This document shows, one piece after another, positions 26,585 to 36,187 of a stretch of 64,000 nucleotides of DNA. Below the pieces are notes generated by a model. That model worked only from the letters and a program-made list of their open reading frames with translations. It searched no databases and was not told the DNA's origin. The stretch comes from Bdellovibrio sp. GTDB lineage: Bacteria > Bdellovibrionota > Bdellovibrionia > Bdellovibrionales > Bdellovibrionaceae. The translations under genes and the position numbers were made by a program. Numbering within the stretch: position 1 is the first letter of the stretch; each line of letters opens with the position of its first letter. Where the stretch lies: NCBI GenBank assembly GCA_036676395.1, contig JAKFCY010000002.1, forward strand, positions 256,001 to 320,000, read 5' to 3'.

Positions 26585-27070
26585 CTATTCCAGATCCATG
26601 TTTTGCATGCGCATTTTCGGCATGTAAGTTTCAGCTTGTTCTAATAATGACAAGTGGGCCTGAGCCATGGCTTTAAGATTGGCTTCGAATTGCATTCTTG
26701 ATTTTTTAAGATCAGAAATTTCAGTGTAGATTTTACGTAAAGAATCTTTTGCATCACAAGTGATTGTTTCTGCCTTTTGTTGGGCCTCAGCAATGACTAA
26801 TTTGCATTCGTGTTCTGCTTCTTGTTTCATTTGATCTGATAACTTAGTCGCTTGCGTGATAGCGCTGCGTAAGACATTATCGCGATCACGAAATTCGTGA
26901 AGCTGTAATTCTTTTTCTTTAAGTTCTTCAGTTAGTGTTTGAATTTGTTGTGCAAGATTTTCAGTTTGCGCAGCAATAATCGTCAGAAAATTCACAACTT
27001 GTTCAGGATCAAAGCCCATCATCTTGCGATCAAAGGTCTTATTGATAATCTCAGTTGGGTAAAATTTCAT
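26585..27070 (-). CDS. divIVA: DivIVA domain protein
   Basis: PTEIINKTFDRKMMGFDPEQVVNFL followed by coiled coil; SD GGAGG; follows yggS-proC. Confidence 0.9.
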   Translation of the reverse strand: MKFYPTEIINKTFDRKMMGFDPEQVVNFLTIIAAQTENLAQQIQTLTEELKEKELQLHEFRDRDNVLRSAITQATKLSDQMKQEAEHECKLVIAEAQQKAETITCDAKDSLRKIYTEISDLKKSRMQFEANLKAMAQAHLSLLEQAETYMPKMRMQNMDLE

Positions 27071-27222
27071 TTAATTCCTCCATGAATCAAATTACGAACC
27101 CGTTGGTCTCTATTTAAGTATAGGCAATCCTTGCCCTAAAAAAAAGTCGAGTCCAAGGATGTGGTCATATCCTGTACTTTAGGAGGAGGGCCAAAAGTCG
27201 TGCTGAATTGTGTCGTTTAAAC

Positions 27223-28068
27223 TTAGCTTAGACCTAAGTCTGTCTGGCGTGAGATTTCGCGTGAGCGAAGGGCGGCTTTTTCAAAGCTGATGCGTAAAGC
27301 ACGTTCGATCTCTAATTCGCGCATTGAATTTAAACCAGCTGCTGTAACCCCTTTTTTAGAAGTCACTCGCTGTTGTAATTCTTCGATATCTACACTTGAA
27401 GATTGCGCCGCTAATAGTGATGCACCAACAAACGTTTCGATCGTCATTACTTTGGCCTGTTCAGGTGTAAAGCCATGTTCAATGATCCAATCCTGCCAGT
27501 ACATCATCATTTCAAAAACAAAACCTGTACCGCTAGAGCAAGAAATCATTAAAGCATCAAATTGGTCTTCAGTGTCTAATTCTAAAATTACGCCTAACCC
27601 TGAAAACAGATCTTTCGTGATTTCAATAACAGCAACATCTTTTTTGTGCGCCAGTAATCCTAAAACACCGCGACCGATTAATGATGGCGTGTTTGGCATA
27701 AGTCGAACAAGGCGACCTTGGGGAATTAATTTTTCTAAGGAGTGCATCGGAATGCCAGCAGCTAATGAAATGATGATTTGATTTTCATCGAAAGCAGAAA
27801 CTAAATTTGCCATCGCTGCAGGTAAGTCTTGCGGTTTCATCGCTAAAATCACGATGTCACATTCTTCGACGATCTGTTCGTTATGTTCACGAATTTCGAT
27901 TTGATATAATTCTTTAAGCTTAAGTGGTTTACCCGGAGTGCGGTTCGAGACAAAAATCTGATCAGGTCTCATGAGCTTTGACTCAATCATTCCTTTAATG
28001 AGGGCCTGAGCCATGTGTCCTGCGCCGATGAAACCAATTTTGTAAGACCGAAGTAAAGGGTGAGTCAT
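27223..28068 (-). CDS. proC: Pyrroline-5-carboxylate reductase
   Basis: IGFIGAGHMA, ISLAAG, RLMPNTP, VTSKKGVT; start moved to MTHPLL at 28068. Confidence 0.93.
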   Translation of the reverse strand: MTHPLLRSYKIGFIGAGHMAQALIKGMIESKLMRPDQIFVSNRTPGKPLKLKELYQIEIREHNEQIVEECDIVILAMKPQDLPAAMANLVSAFDENQIIISLAAGIPMHSLEKLIPQGRLVRLMPNTPSLIGRGVLGLLAHKKDVAVIEITKDLFSGLGVILELDTEDQFDALMISCSSGTGFVFEMMMYWQDWIIEHGFTPEQAKVMTIETFVGASLLAAQSSSVDIEELQQRVTSKKGVTAAGLNSMRELEIERALRISFEKAALRSREISRQTDLGLS

Positions 28069-28078
28069 ACTCGTTAGG

Positions 28079-29299
28079 CTACTGTACTTTTTGCCGTTCG
28101 CCAAATAAAACCGTGCCGATTCTGATCCATGTCGCACCTTCTTTGAGGGCGACTTGATAATCGTGGCTTGTGCCCATTGAAAGTTCTTTGACTTGTAAGC
28201 GATCCGCCAAGTTTTTTAATTTTTTAAAATGAACTTGATTGTCTGCAGCGACGTTTTGCAACGGCGGCATGGTCATTAATCCCACAATTCTAACATTTGA
28301 AAGTTTTGTCAGTTTTTCCCATGCGGCAATAACGCTGGCTTCGTCAAAACCCGCCTTAGTAGCCTCGTTCGCAAGGTTGACCTGAATAAAAATCTTTTGC
28401 ACATGGTTGATTTCTGAAGCCTTTTTTGAAACTAATTCGGCTAACTCGAGCGAGTCTATGGCATGTAAATAGGCAAAATGATTTTTTAAAAATTTTATTT
28501 TGTTTTTTTGGATCGGGCCGATCAAGTGCCATTCTAAATTTAAATCTTTCAAGGCTTCGATTTTTTCTAACGCCTCTTGAATATAGTTTTCGCCGAAAGC
28601 GCGCTGACCTTGGCTGGCTAAATCGCGAATTTTTTCGATCGGCTGAAGTTTGCTGACCGCGAGCAAATTCTGACCAGAAGAAAGCTGAGCTTTGATTTGC
28701 GCCAAAGGTGATTTTTCAAAAGTCCAATTTTTACCAGCAAATAATTTTTCTAAAGCTGTCAAAGGCAAGCCCACAACGTTGTTGTAGTCACCCACAAATT
28801 TTTCCACAAATTTTCCGCCCAAACCTTGGATGGCGTAAGAGCCCGCTTTATCCATCGGTTCGCCGGTTTTGATGTAATCCCAGATGTCTTGATCAGTTAA
28901 ATTTTTAAAATAAACCTGCGATGTCTCAATATGAGAAATAATATGACCATTACTTTGGTCCAGAAGGATGATCGCGGTTTTTACTTCGTGCATTTTGCCT
29001 GAAAGTTTTTTCAAAGTATCAAACGCATCCTGTTCGTTTTCAGGTTTTCCGATCGCTAAATTTTCTAAACAAACCATCGTGTCTGAAGCCAAAATAATAC
29101 CGCCTGGATTTTTGTCAGGACATTGGTCTAGGCAAGCCAACGCTTTTCTTTTTGCGATGTCGATTATTTGCTCGTCTAAGCTTAGGTTTTCATTCGGGAT
29201 TTCCGATATAAAGACTGGGAATGAGACAAAATAATATCCGGCTTTTTTTAAGATTTCAGCGCGGCGTGGAGATTGCGAAGCTAGGACAATTTTTTTCAT
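28079..29299 (-). CDS. maf-yggS: Fusion of Maf/YhdE nucleotide pyrophosphatase (N-terminal) and YggS/PLP-binding protein (C-terminal)
   Basis: Maf motifs LASQSPRR, ASDT, GKP, DKAGSYAIQG, NVVGLP; YggS motifs AVSK, FGENYIQE, WHLIG, GLMTMP, LSMGTSHD, RIGTVLFG; one uninterrupted frame. Confidence 0.88.
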   Translation of the reverse strand: MKKIVLASQSPRRAEILKKAGYYFVSFPVFISEIPNENLSLDEQIIDIAKRKALACLDQCPDKNPGGIILASDTMVCLENLAIGKPENEQDAFDTLKKLSGKMHEVKTAIILLDQSNGHIISHIETSQVYFKNLTDQDIWDYIKTGEPMDKAGSYAIQGLGGKFVEKFVGDYNNVVGLPLTALEKLFAGKNWTFEKSPLAQIKAQLSSGQNLLAVSKLQPIEKIRDLASQGQRAFGENYIQEALEKIEALKDLNLEWHLIGPIQKNKIKFLKNHFAYLHAIDSLELAELVSKKASEINHVQKIFIQVNLANEATKAGFDEASVIAAWEKLTKLSNVRIVGLMTMPPLQNVAADNQVHFKKLKNLADRLQVKELSMGTSHDYQVALKEGATWIRIGTVLFGERQKVQ

Positions 29300-29329
29300 T
29301 CAAATTAAATTTAAACCAAAAGAGGATCT

Positions 29330-30235
29330 ATGGGTAGTGCTGAACTCATGTTATTTACCGGGCTCATCTTAGCGGGTGTGTCGGTTTATCTTTTCATGAC
29401 GTCGATTCTGGCGGGTAAACCCGGCGAAGCTCAATTGCAATGGGCCAGCGGCACTGAACCAGTTAAATCTAAAAATGGAATCATCAATCTTTGTCGTCCG
29501 ATGGTGCATCAGTTCACTCTGCAGCATGCGGCAAAATTTAAATCAGAACAGTATCGTAAAAAAATTCGCCATTTGATCAAAACCGGCGGCATGTCATCAG
29601 AGATGAACGAAGATGAATTTATTGGTTACCAATTGTTTTTAGGAATCGCGTTTCCGATTTTTATTAACATCATGAATTTTTCTTTGGATCTTGGTTTTTC
29701 GCCATTGGTTTTATGTATGCTTGGTGTGGTGGGCTGGTTCATGCCACAAATGCACTGTAAGGCGCAAAAAAATGCCCGCACAATGAGTGTACAGGCCGAT
29801 ATGCCGTTTTTTATTGATCTATTAGCCTTGTCAGTCGAAGCCGGTCTTGATTTTTTCGGAGCCATTCAAAAAATCGTCGATAAAGTCGCTGATCCAAATT
29901 CAGTTTTGGCTGATGAATTAAAAACCGTTTTGAAAGATATTAAAGTCGGTTCGTCAAAAACAGATGCATTAAAAGAAATGGCAGCCCGTTTAGATATGCC
30001 CGAAATCACCAGTTTCGTGGCGGTGTTAATCGATGCTGAAGCCACCGGTGCAAGTATCGCGCAAGTGTTAAAAGATCAATCAGTGCAAATGCGTTTAGAA
30101 CGGTTTGTGCGCGCAGAAAAAGCCGGAGCACGCGCTTCGCAATTAATTTTATTACCATTAATGGGTTTTATTTTACCAGCGGTATTTATCATGGTGTTTG
30201 GCCCAGTGGTATTAGGATTTATTTACGGAAAATAG
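29330..30235 (+). CDS. tadC: Tad pilus inner-membrane platform protein TadC (T2SS F family)
   Basis: MPFFIDLLALSVEAGLDF; TGASIAQVLKDQS..RAEKAG; ILPAVFIMVFGP. Confidence 0.88.
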   Translation: MGSAELMLFTGLILAGVSVYLFMTSILAGKPGEAQLQWASGTEPVKSKNGIINLCRPMVHQFTLQHAAKFKSEQYRKKIRHLIKTGGMSSEMNEDEFIGYQLFLGIAFPIFINIMNFSLDLGFSPLVLCMLGVVGWFMPQMHCKAQKNARTMSVQADMPFFIDLLALSVEAGLDFFGAIQKIVDKVADPNSVLADELKTVLKDIKVGSSKTDALKEMAARLDMPEITSFVAVLIDAEATGASIAQVLKDQSVQMRLERFVRAEKAGARASQLILLPLMGFILPAVFIMVFGPVVLGFIYGK

Positions 30236-30248
30236 GAAAATAAGAACT

Positions 30249-30605
30249 ATGGCAAAACTTTATAAAATACAACACGGCGATAAAGCTGAGCTTTTGATTG
30301 AAAATCTAGAGCTGGCCGAATCATTTTTTGCCCGTGGTAAAGGTTTGTTAGGCAGAAAATCTTTAGCGGTTAACAACGCGCTTTGGATCAAACCCTGCAA
30401 CAACATTCATACCTGTTTTATGAATTTTGCTATTGATTGTATTTTCGTAAATAAAAAAATGGAAATTGAAAAAATCGTATCAGGTGTAAAGCCCTATAAG
30501 ATTGTAGGTCCATATTGGAAGTCGGCTTCAGTTTTTGAAACTGCAGCAGGATGTGCGCAAAAATGGAACCTTCAGGTAGGAGATCAGTTATATGTGGTCA
30601 GTTAG
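30249..30605 (+). CDS. DUF192-family protein
   Basis: AESFFARGKGLLGR...IHTCFMNFAIDCIF...VFETAAG. Confidence 0.85.
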   Translation: MAKLYKIQHGDKAELLIENLELAESFFARGKGLLGRKSLAVNNALWIKPCNNIHTCFMNFAIDCIFVNKKMEIEKIVSGVKPYKIVGPYWKSASVFETAAGCAQKWNLQVGDQLYVVS

Positions 30606-32253
30606 AGTCTTATCCGGTCCACAAACCGGACAAATCTTTGATTTAAAAATGGGTAAAAATCTACTGGGTCGGGGAATGAACTGTGATTTCAAAATCACTT
30701 CGGGTGGTATTTCTAAAGATCACTGCGAGATTCATGTTTATAAAGATAAAGTGATCGTGGTTGATTTAAAATCAAGCAACGGAACCTTCGTCAATGGCGT
30801 AAAAATTCAAAATTCAATTATTAAACTGGGTGATAAAGTCAGCGTATTCGATGTGATTATGGATGTGATTCCGTCTCCGGATATTCGTCCAAAACCAGCC
30901 GCACCCCGTCCGGTCGCATTGCGTCCGCGGCCAGCAGCGCAACAACGCCAAATGCCTCCACAAATGTACAACCAGCAACCTCCGGCGTATCCAATGCAAG
31001 GCGGAGCGGCGATGCAAGCGCAAATGTATCAACAACCACTGAATGGAGTTCCACCACAGCAAAATAATTTTGGTGCGGCTATTGAAGTGCCAAAAACCTT
31101 TGGCGAGCGCATTGATGATTATATGGAAAACGTGGTGATGCCGGTATTTTATAAAATGTCGGTGGTGTTTCCATTTAAACAAGTTTTATTGGGCATGATG
31201 ATTTTATTTGTCGTGTTCGTGACGATAGCTTCGATGTTTCCTTTAACAACAATTTTGCGCGAATCTAATTTTAATGAAGCCGCTAAACGAGCAAAAAGTG
31301 TAGCGCGTGCTATGGCGCGTATTAATGAACAGGCCTTATTATCAGGACAAATTAATAACTTAAATGTGAGTGAAGCTTTAAAAGAAGATGGCATTAAAGA
31401 AGCTATCATTATTATGCAATCAGATGGTTCGGTTGTTGCTCCGACTGAAAAAGTCGGTCGTGATATGTCGAAATCTTTTGTGATTCAAGCGCGCAAAGAA
31501 CCGCGTGCGATGGCGGCTCCCGTTGATGATAATACCATCGGGGCAAGTCATCCGATCGCAGCTTATGATCCACTATCAGGTGAAACGACTGTTAAATACG
31601 TAGCGATTGTTTTTTATGATATCAGCTCATTAAATGTGGATGATGGCCGTGTGGTCAGTTTATTTATGCAGACGTTAGTCATCTCGGCGTTATTTGGTAT
31701 TGGATTGTATTTATTGTTTTCGCGTTTAATTGAATTTCCAATTCGTCAGCTGAACAAACAAATCGATACGGCCTTGCGCGAAAAATCTGATCGCACTGAA
31801 GTTGCCTTTGATTACCCAGAATTACAAAAAGCTGTAGCCAATGTGAATCTGCTTTTAAATCGTATGTGGAATGGTTTAAATGATTCTGAAACCATTAAAC
31901 CAAGTCAAAATCGTGATGTCGAATTTTCACAAATGGTGAATATGCTAACTCAGCCTGCTGCTGTCATTTCTGCAAATGGATCAATTACTTCGTGTAATCA
32001 TCAATTTGCAACCTTAGTGCAAACTGTACCCGAAGCTCTGGTGGCGCAAAGTTATATGACAATTACTGATCAGGCGATGGTACAGAATTTAGAAAGTTTA
32101 ATGAGCCGAGCGCGTGAATTAGTTTATGAAACGCATCGAGATAAAATTCCGTTTTCTCAATTTGAATGTGAAATATTTTTACAGGCATTTTTAGACAGTG
32201 CCGGCGCACCAGAATACTTTTTTGTAAGTTTAACCAAGGTGAATGAGGAGTAA
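30592..32253 (+). CDS. FHA-domain membrane protein with periplasmic domain, HAMP-like and PAS-like C-terminus
   Basis: FHA (LGR..ISKDHC..DLKSSNGTFVNG); Q/P-rich linker; two TM helices; PIRQLN; PAAVI..G.I..CN..F. Confidence 0.8.
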   Translation: MWSVRVLSGPQTGQIFDLKMGKNLLGRGMNCDFKITSGGISKDHCEIHVYKDKVIVVDLKSSNGTFVNGVKIQNSIIKLGDKVSVFDVIMDVIPSPDIRPKPAAPRPVALRPRPAAQQRQMPPQMYNQQPPAYPMQGGAAMQAQMYQQPLNGVPPQQNNFGAAIEVPKTFGERIDDYMENVVMPVFYKMSVVFPFKQVLLGMMILFVVFVTIASMFPLTTILRESNFNEAAKRAKSVARAMARINEQALLSGQINNLNVSEALKEDGIKEAIIIMQSDGSVVAPTEKVGRDMSKSFVIQARKEPRAMAAPVDDNTIGASHPIAAYDPLSGETTVKYVAIVFYDISSLNVDDGRVVSLFMQTLVISALFGIGLYLLFSRLIEFPIRQLNKQIDTALREKSDRTEVAFDYPELQKAVANVNLLLNRMWNGLNDSETIKPSQNRDVEFSQMVNMLTQPAAVISANGSITSCNHQFATLVQTVPEALVAQSYMTITDQAMVQNLESLMSRARELVYETHRDKIPFSQFECEIFLQAFLDSAGAPEYFFVSLTKVNEE

Positions 32254-32261
32254 AGCACTAG

Positions 32262-33497
32262 ATGTCGACGGCTGAAAAGCTTAACCCCGCAGTTCAAATT
32301 AAATTGAAAGTGCTGAAAGGACCGCACGAAGGGCAGTCTTTTCACCTTGCAAAGAGCTCGTTTACTTTAGGACGTGGTCCTGAGAACGAGGTCGTGTTAA
32401 TTAATGATCCGCAGATCAGTCGTCAGCATGCGCGTTTACAAGTGGTTGGCCAAGATATCGAAATTATTAATCTCAGCAAAAAAAATAAAGTGATGGTGGG
32501 ATCAGAAGAAATTCAGAAATGGAAACTGATCAATGATTCTACTTTTGTTATAGGTGATACTGAACTTCAAATTGCTTTTGAAATTGAAAAAATCACGCCC
32601 GTAGCGCCGTTGCCGCAATTAGTGCCTATAAGCAATTTACCAGCGTTGCCAACTCCGCCAGTTGAAAGTGGAGCACCTTCTTCTCCAGCTCCGGGCGGTG
32701 CAAGTGGGCCGCAGGCAAACGCACCAAAAATAAAACAACAACCAGCTCAGCGAAAGCCAATGTCTGCGCCAGCAATGCGCCAACAAGCGCCGGCGCAAAG
32801 ACAACAGCAAATGCAACAACGCGGTCCGATGGTTGCGGGTCGGCCGATGCAACAACAAATGCAGCGACCGATGCAGCAGCAACAAAATGCACAGGTAAAT
32901 TTAGGGTATGCAAAACCTCAACAAGCCAGTGGTGGATTTTTTGCAAATCCAAAAGTTCGATTTTATTTAATCGTCGGCATAGCGGTCTTTAGTCTAGTTT
33001 ATTGGCTGAATATGGAAGAGCCCAAAAAAGCTCAATCTACAGAGATTAAGTCGACTTTAAAATATGAAGATGAATATCTTCTTAAACAAAATTCGGTCAC
33101 TGAAAAAGAGCTGGACCTAAAACGTAAAAACCAATTGGAGCAAAAGAACTCGCCGACCAATTTACGTATCCAAGAGAACTTTCAAAAAGGGATGCGTGAT
33201 TTTCAGTTAGGCAATTACACGCGCTCCCTAGACTTTTTTCAGGTTGTTCTGAACTTAGATTCAAGCCACGTCATGGCCCGTAGGCATTTATATTTAGCAA
33301 AAATCCGCTTCGATGAAATCGTAAAAGCGAAATTAGCACTTGGAGAAAGTTATTATCAGAAGCATAATTTTAAAATGTGCCTGGCTAATTACCAGCAAGT
33401 TTTGACTATGCTTCAGGGTAAAAACAACGACCAAAGTTACCAAACAGCCCAAAGCATGTCAGAAAAGTGTCAACTGGCAGCTGAGGGAATTCGTTAA
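32262..33497 (+). CDS. FHA-domain membrane protein with C-terminal TPR
   Basis: FHA (LGRGPEN..ISRQHA); Q/P/M-rich linker; TM; TPR-like helices. Confidence 0.8.
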   Translation: MSTAEKLNPAVQIKLKVLKGPHEGQSFHLAKSSFTLGRGPENEVVLINDPQISRQHARLQVVGQDIEIINLSKKNKVMVGSEEIQKWKLINDSTFVIGDTELQIAFEIEKITPVAPLPQLVPISNLPALPTPPVESGAPSSPAPGGASGPQANAPKIKQQPAQRKPMSAPAMRQQAPAQRQQQMQQRGPMVAGRPMQQQMQRPMQQQQNAQVNLGYAKPQQASGGFFANPKVRFYLIVGIAVFSLVYWLNMEEPKKAQSTEIKSTLKYEDEYLLKQNSVTEKELDLKRKNQLEQKNSPTNLRIQENFQKGMRDFQLGNYTRSLDFFQVVLNLDSSHVMARRHLYLAKIRFDEIVKAKLALGESYYQKHNFKMCLANYQQVLTMLQGKNNDQSYQTAQSMSEKCQLAAEGIR

Positions 33498-33499
33498 AT

Positions 33500-35581
33500 A
33501 TGTCGAGACTGAAAGTTATATTAAGGGGAGCACAGATCAGTGACTTAAACCTTAGCCCCGAGCGTGAATACGTCGGTGGCCGTAAGGAAAGTTGTGATAT
33601 CCGTTTGCAACCTGAAAAAGGAATCTCGCGCGAACATTTCAAATTAAAATTTGAAGAAGGCCGCTGGATATTAACGTCACTCTCACGTTTTGGCGAAATC
33701 TTTTCTTTAGGGCAAAGAGTTGAATCAACACCGCTCGAGCATGGCCAGGTTTTTCAAATTCCACCGTATGAATTTACGTTAAGCGATATACCAGATTCAC
33801 AAAGTGATAGCGTTAATGCCAATGAGATGCCAGAGGCCGGCGAAAATGAACGAACGGTTATTGGCGTAGCCCAGCAAGTACCTTATATCAAAATGATGTC
33901 GTCAGACGGAGCCGTTCGCGAAATGCTTCGTTTAGAAGTGGGCGATGTTTGGGCTGCGGGGCGCGATCCTTCGTGCCAAATTATTATTCCTGATCAGCGT
34001 GTAAGTCGTCGGCAATTTGAAGTTAGAAAAATTAATGGTATTTACACGATCATTGATTTAACGAGCGTGAACGGAACTTTCTTAAATGGTTCACCTATTT
34101 CAAGCACTGATCCGCAACCCTTAAAATCTGGCGATGCGATCACCGTACTTGATAACACCATGTACTTCGAACTTCATGATCCAAACTTTCAATACCGTAT
34201 GGAGCGTATTGAAGTTCCTCCATTGCAAATGGCAGGTGCTGCCGGTATTGATGATCTTGAAGAAATTGGTCTTGATGAAATTCCACTAGAAGAAGAACAA
34301 TACGATCCGAATCAGGATATGAATTACCCGCAAGAAATTGATCAAGGTTATTACCAAGATCAGTTAAATCCGGATGGCAGCCCGTTTACCGGAATGCCAC
34401 AAGAACAAATGCAGGGTGATTACTACAATATGCAACAGGGTGAACAAGCTCCTGAGCAACAAGGCCCACCGCCGACACCCATTGTTCAGGCCTGGAACAG
34501 ATTTAAAAATAACAAACCCGTTTTCTTTTCAGTGATCGCTTTGTTTTTGGTCGGCATGTATTTTTTAAGTGATATGATGAATTCGCCAGCGCCGCAAAAG
34601 AGCGGTCAGCAACAGGCTTTTAATCCGGATGATCCATTGTCTCGCTTAAAACCAGAAGAGCGCGAAAATGTTAATCTTTGGTATAACAATGCTGAAAAAG
34701 CCCTTCGTCAACAGGCGTTCACTATAGCCAAAGAAAATTTAGATAATATTCATAAACTAATGCCATTGGGATATAAAGATTCAAAACTTTATGAAGCTGA
34801 AGCTTTAAATGGTGAACAAACTTTATTAACTCAGCAAGAAACAGAACGTCGTGAAAAAGAACAGGCTGAATTACAGACCCTGATCAAGGCCACATTAGAA
34901 AAATGTGAAAAGGCCATTGTACCAGAAACGACTCCGGAAGGTTTGCAAGATTGCTTAGCGCCAGTGACAATCAATGATCCGACAAATGCCGAGGCCGAAA
35001 GAATGTTAATGCAGGTTAGAAAAACAATTTCTGACCGCTTAGCTAAAGAAGAAGCAGAACGTGTGGCAAAAAATCAGCGAGAAGAATTGAAAGAAATTTT
35101 TGAACGCGCAGAAAAAGTTCATGAAACTGGTTTTCCGAAAAAAGCCATTAAAGCTTATCGCGAAGTTATTGATAGTGATCTTCCGGATCCAGATGGATTA
35201 AAAGACACGGCGGCACTGCGAATTAAATTTATACAAAAAAAGTTAGAAGAACGTAATGCTAATAATATTTCAAGTGCTGAGCTTTATTTAAAAGACGGTA
35301 AATTTAAAGAAGGCATCATGGCTTTACGAGCGGCTTTGCAATTTGATCCCGATAATCAAACGATCAAAGATAAAATCGAGCGTTACTCAAATGATTTGCG
35401 CAATCAGGTGAAGGTGATGTACCAAGAGTCGATCATCGATGAAAATTTTGGTTATGTAGATGGTTCTGATACCCGCCCGGGTGCAAAAGATAAATGGAAA
35501 AAAATTATCGATATCGATTTAGAGGACGGCGATTATTACCGTAAGGCCTTCATTAAGTTAAAACGTTATGGAGTATTATAA
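33500..35581 (+). CDS. Tandem-FHA membrane protein with periplasmic TPR/coiled coil
   Basis: Two FHA domains (GGRKESC..ISREH; AGRDPSC..VSRRQ..SVNGTFLNG); acidic linker; TM; TPR helices. Confidence 0.82.
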   Translation: MSRLKVILRGAQISDLNLSPEREYVGGRKESCDIRLQPEKGISREHFKLKFEEGRWILTSLSRFGEIFSLGQRVESTPLEHGQVFQIPPYEFTLSDIPDSQSDSVNANEMPEAGENERTVIGVAQQVPYIKMMSSDGAVREMLRLEVGDVWAAGRDPSCQIIIPDQRVSRRQFEVRKINGIYTIIDLTSVNGTFLNGSPISSTDPQPLKSGDAITVLDNTMYFELHDPNFQYRMERIEVPPLQMAGAAGIDDLEEIGLDEIPLEEEQYDPNQDMNYPQEIDQGYYQDQLNPDGSPFTGMPQEQMQGDYYNMQQGEQAPEQQGPPPTPIVQAWNRFKNNKPVFFSVIALFLVGMYFLSDMMNSPAPQKSGQQQAFNPDDPLSRLKPEERENVNLWYNNAEKALRQQAFTIAKENLDNIHKLMPLGYKDSKLYEAEALNGEQTLLTQQETERREKEQAELQTLIKATLEKCEKAIVPETTPEGLQDCLAPVTINDPTNAEAERMLMQVRKTISDRLAKEEAERVAKNQREELKEIFERAEKVHETGFPKKAIKAYREVIDSDLPDPDGLKDTAALRIKFIQKKLEERNANNISSAELYLKDGKFKEGIMALRAALQFDPDNQTIKDKIERYSNDLRNQVKVMYQESIIDENFGYVDGSDTRPGAKDKWKKIIDIDLEDGDYYRKAFIKLKRYGVL

Positions 35582-35583
35582 TC

Positions 35584-36162
35584 GTGAAATCAAAAATTAA
35601 CTCACATAACGGCGACCAAAAGTTTCCTCAAACCAGATTACACAGTTTGTTAAATGATAATTTACTGGTGTGCATTCGTTTGTGGAGTGGACCTGAGGCT
35701 GAACAAAAAGCCGTGGATGAAATTTCAAGATATCTTTCTGCGGCAGATGCAGATTTAGAAGTGACGACGCCCTTCGACTATATTGAAAGCCTATCTTCAT
35801 TATCAAATAAAGTGCGGGTAGCTTTGTTGTTGGCTAACGAAGCCATTTATTTAGATAATAAAGAAAGATATACCCAAGGCTATGAAATCGCGATTTGTTA
35901 CAAGCATAACAAAGAAATCAGTATTGGATCAGTGGGCCGTTTTGCATTTACTGCAGAAAAAAAAGATAAACACTTTACGATATTTGAATCAGGCGCATTT
36001 TTAGATGATTTGGTTTTATTACCTACAGATTTATTGGGCATCGAACGCGAAGTAGATATTAAATGCACTTCGGTTTCTACGCGTGATTTAGAAGCCATTC
36101 AAATTAGCTCAACGTTTGACGAAAACACTTATTGGCAAGCGCACCTTAATCAATTTGACTGA
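35584..36162 (+). CDS. Degenerate PP2C-fold-like protein
   Basis: LLLANEAIY...ISIGSVG and LLG segments resemble the PPM/PP2C core, but no DGxG metal motifs are present. Confidence 0.4.
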   Translation: MKSKINSHNGDQKFPQTRLHSLLNDNLLVCIRLWSGPEAEQKAVDEISRYLSAADADLEVTTPFDYIESLSSLSNKVRVALLLANEAIYLDNKERYTQGYEIAICYKHNKEISIGSVGRFAFTAEKKDKHFTIFESGAFLDDLVLLPTDLLGIEREVDIKCTSVSTRDLEAIQISSTFDENTYWQAHLNQFD

Positions 36163-36187
36163 TTAATTGCCAATTCTTCGAATTGAG

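Noticed and set aside
30890..32900. Q/P-rich low-complexity stretches as DNA repeat arrays
   Set aside because: Protein-level disordered linkers in FHA proteins with no regular nucleotide repeat unit.
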